Shown here: positions 1 through 8,587 of the stretch, piece by piece
Position numbering within the stretch: the first letter of the stretch is position 1
Layout: each line of letters opens with the position of its first letter
Source: Lentimicrobium sp.
Lineage (GTDB): Bacteria > Bacteroidota > Bacteroidia > Bacteroidales > Lentimicrobiaceae
DNA length: 64,000 nucleotides
Reading direction: 5' to 3'
Assembly: GCA_019429275.1 (NCBI GenBank)
Contig: JAHYJC010000019.1
Coordinates: 6,081-70,080, forward strand
Notes under the pieces: generated by a model
The model's database searches: none
Told to the model about the DNA's origin: nothing
The model's input: only the letters and a program-made list of their open reading frames with translations
Made by a program: the position numbers and the translations under genes

Positions 1-819
1 GAGTTGAAAAATGCCCATGGGGCGCATGAGAAAATCCTGGCTTACACGGTTGATGCAGTATATGGCTTCGTGAAGAGGCATTTCGTTTTTCAGCCGCAAC
101 GCTTCATTTATCCCGTAAAGAGCATCGCGCATAAAATGGCCATTGCCAATAAACCCGGCAATATCGTTTGACGGAACCACCACTTTACGCATGTTTTTTG
201 CCAGCAATAGAGCAAACTCATTCATGTCAGCAGAGTTTTCGGGGATGGCAATCAGCTCCACAAGTTTCTGAACGGCAGGTGGATTGTAAAAATGAAAACC
301 CAGAATGCGGCCATCCAGCCTGGCAGATTCATTCAGTCCACCAATAGGTACCGACGAGGTGTTCGTAAAAAACCACGGCTGGTTTGGGTTGTTCTGGTTA
401 ATCTGCCGGAAAAGGTTTGTTTTAAGTTCTGCGTTCTCGCTTACGGCTTCAAAAATCAAGGTGCTGTCATAGGCAGCTTCAATACGGGTACCAGGCCTGA
501 TCAATGACATTACATCAGCAACCCAGGCATCGATTACATCTCTGTTTTCGATCAGGTCCGTGCGATGAGCATAAAGTCTGCGCAATTGAACTGTTCTTTT
601 CTCGGCTACTTTCAGCACCTGTTCTTTAATGTAAACCATGAGATCTGATAAGGCAGCAGATGAAACATCAATCGCATTCAAAACAAAGTTTTGCCCTTTG
701 TTTTCAGGTTTCATCATCTGATCGGCAACCTCGAGGGCTGAGAGTAAAAGTATTCCACTCCCCATTTTGCCTGCAGCGCCAAGCACAGAAATTCTGTTTA
801 GTTTTTCTGAATAATTCAT
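1..819 (-). CDS. 3-hydroxyacyl-CoA dehydrogenase family protein (3' end runs off the window)
   Basis: Not in the ORF track; translated by hand from ATG at 819: MNYSEKLNRISVLGAAGKMGSGI (Rossmann), IFEAVSENAELK, FTNTSS, GFHFYNPPAVQKLVEL, GFIGNG, RPMGIFQL. The frame is open to base 1 and follows a crotonase gene. Confidence 0.88.
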   Translation of the reverse strand, partial: MNYSEKLNRISVLGAAGKMGSGILLLSALEVADQMMKPENKGQNFVLNAIDVSSAALSDLMVYIKEQVLKVAEKRTVQLRRLYAHRTDLIENRDVIDAWVADVMSLIRPGTRIEAAYDSTLIFEAVSENAELKTNLFRQINQNNPNQPWFFTNTSSVPIGGLNESARLDGRILGFHFYNPPAVQKLVELIAIPENSADMNEFALLLAKNMRKVVVPSNDIAGFIGNGHFMRDALYGINEALRLKNEMPLHEAIYCINRVSQDFLMRPMGIFQL

Positions 820-903
820 TTTATCTATTCGTTTAACTTAATTCGTTGATTATTTCGTAGTATTCCTGAAAATCCTGAAAGGGTTCACAACCGGAAGTTT
901 TCG

Positions 904-1677
904 TTAATCCCAGACGGCTTTCCTTTTCTCCAGAAAAGCTTTCATTCCTTCTGCTCCTTCGTTTCCGAAAGGGTCACCAAAATGCTGCTGCTCAAGTTTC
1001 TCTCCTTCAGAAAATCTCATTTCCAGCCCTTTTCGGGTAACTTCCTTCACCAGTTTTACGGCCAGCGGACCTCTGGAGGCAATCAGGTTTGCAATCCGGC
1101 GGGCTTCGTTGAGCAGTGCCTCAGGTTCTGTGATTTTTTGAACCAGCCTCATCTGAAGTGCAGTTGTTGCATCAATCACTTCACCGGTTGTTAAGAGCCA
1201 GAGCGCATCGGCCAGATTGGTAAGCCTTGGCAGCCTTTGTGTGCCGGCATATCCGGGAATGAGTCCGAGGTTTACTTCCGGTTGCCCGAATTTTGCCAGC
1301 GAAGAGGCGATTCTGAAATCGCAAGCCATGGCCAGCTCCATACCCCCGCCCAAAGCAAAGCCATTGACCGCAGCGATTACCGGAAAAGGAAGTAGGGAAA
1401 GACGATTAAAAACCGCTTGTCCGACTGCTGAGAACTTGCGGCCTTCATCGGGGGACATATTTACCATTTCAGCAATATCGGCGCCTGCAGCAAATGCCTT
1501 ACCCTCTCCGGTAATGATTAAAGCCCGGATATCCCGATTGTCGGCAATTGTGGATATAAAATGATCCATTTCACTGAAGAAAACCGAATTCAGGGCATTC
1601 AAAGCAGCAGGTCTGCTAATGGTAAGCAGTAAAATTTTGCCTTCGGCCAAAGGTTTCAGAATTGTATAATCCATCAT
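904..1677 (-). CDS. enoyl-CoA hydratase/crotonase
   Basis: TISRPAALNALN, AFAAGADI, AVNGFALGGGMELAMACD, FGQPEVNLGLIPGYAGTQRL: both catalytic Glu motifs present. Confidence 0.95.
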   Translation of the reverse strand: MMDYTILKPLAEGKILLLTISRPAALNALNSVFFSEMDHFISTIADNRDIRALIITGEGKAFAAGADIAEMVNMSPDEGRKFSAVGQAVFNRLSLLPFPVIAAVNGFALGGGMELAMACDFRIASSLAKFGQPEVNLGLIPGYAGTQRLPRLTNLADALWLLTTGEVIDATTALQMRLVQKITEPEALLNEARRIANLIASRGPLAVKLVKEVTRKGLEMRFSEGEKLEQQHFGDPFGNEGAEGMKAFLEKRKAVWD

Positions 1678-1848
1678 TAAAATTTAGGAATTTTGTTTAG
1701 TCAATAAACATCAAGATTACTTAAAAAGTTCAACAAAAGAAACCGGCAATTTCTGATAGACAAGACTTAAAAAAGCAAATGAGGACTTGTTCTAAGTATA
1801 GCACTCTGATCAGGCAATCTTATAAAAAACAGCTCAAGACTGAAAAAA

Positions 1849-2454
1849 TCAGTTTTTGTAATTTTTTAGTAAAAGAAAAATTCTGCTTTCGGTTGTCTCG
1901 GTTTTAAAAGCGAACCAGTCAATCAGTTCCAGTGCAAAACTGTGGTCAAGCATTTCGACCGGTACCGAAACAACCACATGCTCAAGCCTTATATGTCCTT
2001 TTCCATTTTCGTTGCCAATAGTATCCTCTTTGCGTGAAACCCGTTGAATCATAGATTCCTTTATCTCAATATCGACCATACCGGAATGAGAGGAGACATT
2101 TATATAGGCAACCCTGATATTTTTGAAACTTTTCCTTTTGAAAAAAGAAAAAAAACCCAGTGGAGCCGGCTTCTTAACCCTCCGGCTGGATGAGAATATA
2201 TTCAGGTAATTATTCAACCGTGAATTTTTGCTGCGGCCTTCTATTTTCCCAAAACCGATGCGGCTCTCAACGGGAAGGCTGTTTACTCTTTTGATAAGCT
2301 GATAAAGGTCGTTGAGAAAAGTACTGTACTTTTCTGAAATCAGGGAAAAATTATTTAAAACTTCCTGGCGTTTACGGTTTAAAAATTGCTCTTTAGCCTC
2401 AGCCTTTATATCAGGATTGTGTCTTTGCTCTTCTAAGTCAAGCCAATGGGCCAT
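1849..2454 (-). CDS. hypothetical basic protein, 201 aa
   Basis: Fills the gap between co-oriented genes and has a TAAATTTG box upstream; no family recognised. Confidence 0.7.
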   Translation of the reverse strand: MAHWLDLEEQRHNPDIKAEAKEQFLNRKRQEVLNNFSLISEKYSTFLNDLYQLIKRVNSLPVESRIGFGKIEGRSKNSRLNNYLNIFSSSRRVKKPAPLGFFSFFKRKSFKNIRVAYINVSSHSGMVDIEIKESMIQRVSRKEDTIGNENGKGHIRLEHVVVSVPVEMLDHSFALELIDWFAFKTETTESRIFLLLKNYKN

Positions 2455-2476
2455 AAATACAATTTTTAAAGAGTAA

Positions 2477-2484
2477 CAAATTTA
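2477..2484 (-). promoter_or_regulatory. Bacteroidota -7 promoter element (TAAATTTG)
   Basis: Exact TAnnTTTG match 22 bp upstream of the ATG at 2454. Confidence 0.5.
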
Positions 2485-2684
2485 AGAAAATATTCAGGGT
2501 AATAATTTCACGGGTAAAATAATTGACCATTTGCAGTTGTAAAAAAACCGGTCATAAATCCCGATAAATACAAACTGTAATATTCGGCTTAATATACCCA
2601 TAGATTTTCTTTTAAACCATTGATTACATGATCTCAAGAAAACAAAGCAAAAAAAATCCCGGATTTCTGAAGTTGCTGATGCTA

Positions 2685-4586
2685 TTAATAAGCGCGTTCA
2701 TTTCGCCCTTCGATGTAATTGATGAACGACCGGTTTACAACTTTATTCCCACCCGGAGTTGGATAGTTTCCGGTAAAGTACCAATCGCCTGTATGGTTGG
2801 GTATTGCAGTATGTAGGTCTTCAATGGTCTGAAAAATAACCTGAACTTCTGCTTTACAATCTGAGGGTTTAACCAGTTGAGAAATTTTTGCTGAAATCTG
2901 TTGAGCAGTAAAAGGCCGGTAAATATCTTTTACTTGATTGACTATCTGCTCTTTTGGAAGGTTCTCCTGTAGTTTGCAATTGCGATAAACCTCATTGATT
3001 ACATGCGTCATCCTGTTTTCTTTAAGCAGTTCGATGGCTGCAATGAAGGCAATAAAATCTCCCAATTTTGCCATGTCAATTCCATAACAATCGGGATAAC
3101 GGATCTGAGGAGCCGATGAGGCAATTACAATTTTTCTGGGCTCAAGTCTGTCAAGAATTCTGATAATACTTTTTTTCAGGGTTGTGCCTCTAACGATTGA
3201 ATCGTCGAGCACCACCAGGTTATCAACACCAGGATTCACAACGCCATAAGTTACATCGTACACATGGGCTACCAGGTCGTCGCGGGCATTGTCCTGGGTA
3301 ATGAAAGTGCGCAGCTTAATATCTTTAACTGCAAGTTTTTCAATTCTGGCTTTAAGATTAAAAATCTGATCTATTTTTCCGGTAGTTATTCCGGCACCTT
3401 CCTTCAGAATCAGATCCTTTTTTATACTGTCGCAAAAAGTTCCCAATTCTTCGACGACCCCATAAAAAGCATCAGCAGCAGTGTTGGGGATGTATGAGAA
3501 AACAGTGTTTTTCAGGTCGTGATTTACCGATTTTAAAATGGCCGGAGTGAGCACCCTGCCCAGCCTTTTGCGTTCCTGGTAAATATCTACATCTGTCCCC
3601 CGGCTGAAATAAATACGTTCAAAAGAGCAGGCCGCTTTCTTGCGGGGTTCAAGAATAGGGCTGAGCGTTACTTTTCCGTTATATTCAACAATCAGGGCAT
3701 GTCCGGGCAAAAGTTCCTTTATCTGACTGTGATGCACATTCAGTGCCGTTTGTATGGCAGGCCTTTCAGAAGCAGCAACCACAACCTCTTCATCCTGATA
3801 ATAAAAAGCCGGGCGAATGCCCGATGGGTCTCTGAAAACAAACGAATCGCCATGGCCGAAAAGTCCTGCAATGGCATATCCACCATCCCAATTCAAAGCC
3901 GATTGTTTTAAAATATCAGCAACATCAAGAGCCTCGGCAATTTTGGCGGTAATTTCTTTCTTGGTAAATCCTTCAGCTTTGAAACGCGCATAAAGTTTCT
4001 CATTTTCTTCATCCAGAAAATGGCCGATTTTTTCGAGAATGGTAATCGTATCAGAAGTTTCAACCGGATACTGACCAATTTCAAGGAGCCTTTCGAAAAG
4101 CTCATCCACATTGGTCATGTTGAAATTTCCTGCCAGAACAAGATTGCGGGTCATCCAGTTGTTGGCTCTGATAACCGGATGCAGATTTTTGATGTTGTTT
4201 TTGCCAAATGTTCCGTACCGCAAATGGCCAAGAAAAAGTTCTCCGGCAAATCCGGTATTGTATTTCAGCCATTGCGGATCATGCAATCGATCAGTATGGT
4301 TATTGACAGATTCCTGAATTTCCTCATAGGCCCATTTAAAGACATCAGAAATCGGTGAATTTGAATTTGAGCGATGTCGGTTAATGTATTTTGTTCCTGG
4401 TTTGGGATCAAACCTTATGCAGGCAATTCCAGCACCATCCTGACCTCTGTTATGCTGCTTTTCCATAAGCAGATGAAGTTTATTCAATCCCCAGGTAGAG
4501 GTTCCGTATTGTTTCAGATAATATTCCAGAGGCTTGAGCAGCCGCACCATTGCAATTCCACATTCGTGTTTGATTTGCTCGCTCAT
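2685..4586 (-). CDS. purF: amidophosphoribosyltransferase (long Bacteroidota type)
   Basis: Start moved to MSEQIKHE|CG (propeptide then catalytic Cys); GHLRYGT, CSFERIYF, PRT motif VVLDDSIVRGTT. Confidence 0.9.
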   Translation of the reverse strand: MSEQIKHECGIAMVRLLKPLEYYLKQYGTSTWGLNKLHLLMEKQHNRGQDGAGIACIRFDPKPGTKYINRHRSNSNSPISDVFKWAYEEIQESVNNHTDRLHDPQWLKYNTGFAGELFLGHLRYGTFGKNNIKNLHPVIRANNWMTRNLVLAGNFNMTNVDELFERLLEIGQYPVETSDTITILEKIGHFLDEENEKLYARFKAEGFTKKEITAKIAEALDVADILKQSALNWDGGYAIAGLFGHGDSFVFRDPSGIRPAFYYQDEEVVVAASERPAIQTALNVHHSQIKELLPGHALIVEYNGKVTLSPILEPRKKAACSFERIYFSRGTDVDIYQERKRLGRVLTPAILKSVNHDLKNTVFSYIPNTAADAFYGVVEELGTFCDSIKKDLILKEGAGITTGKIDQIFNLKARIEKLAVKDIKLRTFITQDNARDDLVAHVYDVTYGVVNPGVDNLVVLDDSIVRGTTLKKSIIRILDRLEPRKIVIASSAPQIRYPDCYGIDMAKLGDFIAFIAAIELLKENRMTHVINEVYRNCKLQENLPKEQIVNQVKDIYRPFTAQQISAKISQLVKPSDCKAEVQVIFQTIEDLHTAIPNHTGDWYFTGNYPTPGGNKVVNRSFINYIEGRNERAY

Positions 4587-4658
4587 AAGTTTCCTGGTTT
4601 GCGATAATCTTCTATATTTGCTTGTCGGATGGTTGCATTTCGACTTGAAAAGAAAGTG

Positions 4659-4666
4659 CAAAAATA
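4659..4666 (-). promoter_or_regulatory. -7 promoter element (TATTTTTG) of purF
   Basis: TAnnTTTG match 72 bp upstream of the revised start; it also argues against the longer ORF-track start at 4661. Confidence 0.55.
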
Positions 4667-4774
4667 CGTAAATAAGCTACCTAAACTAAATAAATTCCTA
4701 CAGAGTCCCTGATTCGTTAACCTTATTTTATTCAGGGACTTACAACGAAATTACAAAATATATAAAACCTAATC

Positions 4775-5239
4775 ATGATTTTACAAACATCAGTAAACAT
4801 AAGGCCGGCTCGTATTGAAGACTCAGGTTTTATAGTTGAAAGTCAGCTGCAGATGGCCATGGAAACTGAACAAATGTCTTTAGATAAGGGCAGCATTTCT
4901 GAAGGAGTTAAGGCAGTTTTTAACGATAATTCAAAAGGCTTTTATATTATTGCTGAAGCAAACAATTTACAGGTTGGTTGTCTTTTAATTACACCCGAGT
5001 GGAGCGATTGGCGAAATGCCTGGGTTTGGTGGATACAATCGGTTTATGTTAAACAGGATTTTCGGAAGTTGGGGGTTTTTGGTACGATGTATGACTACAT
5101 CAAAACCATGGTAATAATGCGGAATGATGTTTCAGGCATCAGGCTTTATGTTGATAAAACCAATCAGAGTGCTATGAATGTATATTGCAGGGTTGGAATG
5201 AACGGAGAACATTACAGCACCTTTGAATGGATGAAATGA
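4775..5239 (+). CDS. GNAT family N-acetyltransferase
   Basis: WIQSVYVKQDFRKLGVFGTMY acetyl-CoA motif A; LYVDKTNQSAMNVY motif B. Confidence 0.9.
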   Translation: MILQTSVNIRPARIEDSGFIVESQLQMAMETEQMSLDKGSISEGVKAVFNDNSKGFYIIAEANNLQVGCLLITPEWSDWRNAWVWWIQSVYVKQDFRKLGVFGTMYDYIKTMVIMRNDVSGIRLYVDKTNQSAMNVYCRVGMNGEHYSTFEWMK

Positions 5240-5245
5240 ATTGAC

Positions 5246-5253
5246 TACATTTG
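5246..5253 (+). promoter_or_regulatory. -7 promoter element (TACATTTG)
   Basis: TAnnTTTG match upstream of 5336. Confidence 0.5.
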
Positions 5254-5335
5254 TAAATCTCATTGTTGGAAGTCGAAAAATTATAAAATTAAACACTTAA
5301 AGAAAAAAGTTAATCAGTTAAAATAAGACAATCTG

Positions 5336-6418
5336 ATGAAATCAAAGATTATTACTTTCATGCTGCTGTTCCCGTTTGTATTTGCATTCGGCCAAAGGCC
5401 ACAACGTTGCGATGTTGCTGTGCCTGAACAGATATTTAAGCAAAAACAACGATCGGTAAGCTTGCAGCCAACCGAAGAACTGAAACTCAGGGTGGCTATG
5501 ACGGTCGCTTCAAACAATTGCCTTTCTTCTGAGCAAGTGAGGCTTCTTGCTGATTTGTTTGTGGATGATTTCAGCCGTCTGGATTTTGTCAAAGCAGCCT
5601 GGCACAATACAGTTGACAAAGAAAATTATTACTTTGTTTACGATGCGTTTGCTTATTTTTCAACTGTCTTTATGTTACACGATTATGTTCAGGCAGTTAG
5701 CAGTCGCCCGCACGACTATATCCCACCTTATGAGCCGCCTTTGAGTCTTAACTTTCCAGCTTTTAATTATCCATCTCCCGAAGGTTACCCCGGGCCAACA
5801 AATTGCAATTCTCCAATCAGAGAGGATGTTTTTCTGGAAATGGCCAGACAGGCACTTGCCAACAATTCTGAAGTTCACCGCTTGATGCTGCTTAAACAAA
5901 TGGCGCAAAATAATTGCATGAGTGTTGCGCAGGCAATGAAATTCTCCTCACTTCTTCAATCAGAAGAAAACCGGCTGAGTTTTTTCAGAGTCGCAATTTT
6001 CTCAATTTATGATCAGAGTAATCTTCCGCTTGGCGCACAAATGTTTGCACACATACCAAACAAGTCTGAGTACAACAGAATGATAAGTAATCCCACGCCT
6101 CAGCCTCAACCCATTGAACCACCTCCATGTGTGGTTTCCGATCCTGAACTTTCGCAGATTTTAACGTCCATTAAAAATGAAAGTTTCAACAGCACCAGAC
6201 TAACGCTTGCAAAACAAATTCTGCGAAGTAAGCAGTGTTTCACCACAGCCCAGGTAAAGGAGATGGTCAGACTTTTTAGTTTTGATGATTCAAGACTCGA
6301 ACTTGCAAAATACGCATGGGATTACACCATCGACCGTGAAAATTATTACCAGGTTGCCGATGCATTTTCATTCAGCAGTAACAAGGAAAAACTGATGAAA
6401 TTCCTTAACACCAAATAG
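5336..6418 (+). CDS. secreted protein with three DUF4476-like repeats
   Basis: Signal peptide MKSKIITFMLLFPFVFAFG; three units resembling C(L/M/F)sxxQv..l..lF..dd.RL.f.k.a...tvDkeNY, linked by Pro-rich segments. Confidence 0.8.
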   Translation: MKSKIITFMLLFPFVFAFGQRPQRCDVAVPEQIFKQKQRSVSLQPTEELKLRVAMTVASNNCLSSEQVRLLADLFVDDFSRLDFVKAAWHNTVDKENYYFVYDAFAYFSTVFMLHDYVQAVSSRPHDYIPPYEPPLSLNFPAFNYPSPEGYPGPTNCNSPIREDVFLEMARQALANNSEVHRLMLLKQMAQNNCMSVAQAMKFSSLLQSEENRLSFFRVAIFSIYDQSNLPLGAQMFAHIPNKSEYNRMISNPTPQPQPIEPPPCVVSDPELSQILTSIKNESFNSTRLTLAKQILRSKQCFTTAQVKEMVRLFSFDDSRLELAKYAWDYTIDRENYYQVADAFSFSSNKEKLMKFLNTK

Positions 6419-6444
6419 GAAAACTCCATATTTTAAATTCCCTT

Positions 6445-6478
6445 AGCGGGACAAGTTAAAAATCTTGTCCCGCTTTTT
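6445..6478 (+). terminator. rho-independent terminator
   Basis: AGCGGGACAAG (6445-6455) / CTTGTCCCGCT (6464-6474), an 11-bp stem followed by a T run. Confidence 0.85.
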
Positions 6479-6539
6479 ATTTTGATAAATTTTTTGATTA
6501 CCAGGTGCATTTTAAAAAGAAAACTTAAGCTTATTTTAC

Positions 6540-6547
6540 TACCTTTG
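6540..6547 (+). promoter_or_regulatory. -7 promoter element (TACCTTTG) of the oxidoreductase gene
   Basis: TAnnTTTG match 28 bp upstream of the ATG at 6576, just after the upstream terminator. Confidence 0.55.
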
Positions 6548-6575
6548 ATATTACCACAATATAATTCCACGAAAG

Positions 6576-8444
6576 ATGGACACTTACCTCAAAGTACTTT
6601 TCGTTAATGCGTCAGACGGTTTTTACAGGACAAAAAAATACAAGGTTGGCGATTTCTTCGGACCTGTTGATCTTGGGTTACATTTGGCCGGAAAATACAA
6701 AAGCCTGAACATTGGAACAGGATTGCTTTCGGGTTCCATTTTTCCGGGATCCAACCGCCTTATCTTCACTGGATTTTCGCCTTGCTGGGGAGGTTTTTAT
6801 ATCTCATCGATGGGAGGAGCCGGGCTGATATTTAATGATCTGGGAATAAACCTGCTTTCACTGGTCGGCAAAGCCAGGGTCCCGTCAATTTTATATTTGA
6901 ACCGCAATCACGGAGAAGAAATACAGCTTGAACTTGAGCCGATAGACCTGAACCAGGTTTGGAATGAGGGACGAAAAGGAATTTATTCACTCATGGATTA
7001 TGTTTTCGCGCATTACCGCGATCGGTACCCGAATAATCCAAGAATACTGGCTACAGGCCCTGCATCACTTTCAACCGATTTTGGTGCGATAGGTTCTGTT
7101 CCCGTTAAACAGGGCGGTTTGTCAAATGTTGATACCTGGGCCGGAAGGGGCGGATTTGGTTCAGCGATGCTGCAAAATCATGGAATTGCGGCTGTTATTT
7201 ACGGAGGCACTCATATTGACGAAGATTTCCGCGACCGCAAAGTTGCTGATGAATGGTTTGTAAACAAATACGCAAAAAAACTGGCCGCCAAGGATCTAGA
7301 AATAACCACAAAATACCGGTTTGATCCGAATTTTGACACCGGAGGAACTTTTGGAGTGAATTATGCAACCATGAGCGATAAACTCATGGCTTTCAATTAC
7401 CAGTCACTTGACTGGGACAAAGAGAAGAGACTTAAGGTTCATCAAAAATTTATTATTAATCATTATCTCAAACAATTCAATGAAGAAACCATCAAACCCA
7501 AACAGCAGTTTACATGCGGAGAACCTTGTGCTGCAGTGTGCAAGAAAATGAACAACAAGTACAAAAAAGATTACGAACCATATCAGACATTGGGGCCTCT
7601 GAGCGGAATTTTTGATCAGCGAGCAGCTGAAAAACTCAATCATCATGCCGACTCCTATGGTTTTGATGCAATTTCAGTTGGTGGAGTTATCTCATGGCTC
7701 ATGGATTGTCTTGATAAAGGTTTATTAAGCCCTGAGGACATAGGAGTGAAAACACAACCAGTCTTTACTCCTGATAATTTTAATCTGGTAAAAGACTCAA
7801 TGCAAAATGCAGAACTTGGATGTGAAATTCTGGATTCAATAATTGAAAAAAAGATTGATCTGAGCGAAGGTGCCCGAAAATATGCCCGACGCCTTTCTAG
7901 AGTAAAAGGAAAAAATCTCCTCGATTATTTTGTTTACAATGCTTTTGCCAGGAATGGCTGGATGGTTCCAAACCAATACTGGACTCCGGGCGCACTCTCT
8001 CCTATGTCAATTATGGGAAAATACTACATGTATTATGGAGATAATTTTATTGCACCCCGCGAGTTGGGAAGGATAAATGCCGCACGCATGGAAGCTGAAC
8101 TCATCATTGACAATATGGGTATATGTCGCTTTCACAGGCTGTGGGCCGAAGAGATGATTCCTGAAATTGTTGAATCGCTCTACGGACTTGGCGAGAACTA
8201 TCTCAAATCCATTAAATTTACAGCCAGCCGGATCAATGGAAGAAATAGCTCTGCTTTCTGGGAGTCGGCTATAAACTGCAACTATATTCTGAGTTTTCTG
8301 CGCCGCAAAAAAGAAGAAGGCCTTGATAGTCCGGAATTTAACAAATGGTTGAATGCTTTTGAAACAGATTTTAAAGAAGCCTCGCTTAATTTCTGGTACG
8401 AAATCCACAAAGGTGTTCAGGAATCATTAAGGGAATTTAACTGA
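6576..8444 (+). CDS. aldehyde:ferredoxin oxidoreductase family (W/Mo-bis-pterin, 4Fe-4S), GAPOR-like
   Basis: SSMGGAG, GPA, WAGRGGFG, TKYRFDPNFDTGGTFGVNY, TCGEPCAAVCKK, YEPY..GPLSG, GFDAISVGG, DNMGICRFHRLW; 622 aa. Confidence 0.85.
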   Translation: MDTYLKVLFVNASDGFYRTKKYKVGDFFGPVDLGLHLAGKYKSLNIGTGLLSGSIFPGSNRLIFTGFSPCWGGFYISSMGGAGLIFNDLGINLLSLVGKARVPSILYLNRNHGEEIQLELEPIDLNQVWNEGRKGIYSLMDYVFAHYRDRYPNNPRILATGPASLSTDFGAIGSVPVKQGGLSNVDTWAGRGGFGSAMLQNHGIAAVIYGGTHIDEDFRDRKVADEWFVNKYAKKLAAKDLEITTKYRFDPNFDTGGTFGVNYATMSDKLMAFNYQSLDWDKEKRLKVHQKFIINHYLKQFNEETIKPKQQFTCGEPCAAVCKKMNNKYKKDYEPYQTLGPLSGIFDQRAAEKLNHHADSYGFDAISVGGVISWLMDCLDKGLLSPEDIGVKTQPVFTPDNFNLVKDSMQNAELGCEILDSIIEKKIDLSEGARKYARRLSRVKGKNLLDYFVYNAFARNGWMVPNQYWTPGALSPMSIMGKYYMYYGDNFIAPRELGRINAARMEAELIIDNMGICRFHRLWAEEMIPEIVESLYGLGENYLKSIKFTASRINGRNSSAFWESAINCNYILSFLRRKKEEGLDSPEFNKWLNAFETDFKEASLNFWYEIHKGVQESLREFN

Positions 8445-8587
8445 TGAAACTCATTTACACGAATTCTGACTCTTCCCGGGAAAGGTTAATATTGATACTT
8501 CAAAAAATTGAATTGAAATTAACCTTATGGGTTGAAACTTTATCACAAAAAGTATGTTTATAAGTCTCCTACACGACTTGTAAAACT

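Noticed and set aside
4587-4661. Longer ORF-track starts for purF, and similarly for menE (18020), usp (46518), 51416, 52289 and 58925
   Set aside because: The extensions overlap promoter elements or upstream genes, or use non-ATG starts; downstream ATGs give the recognisable N-termini.
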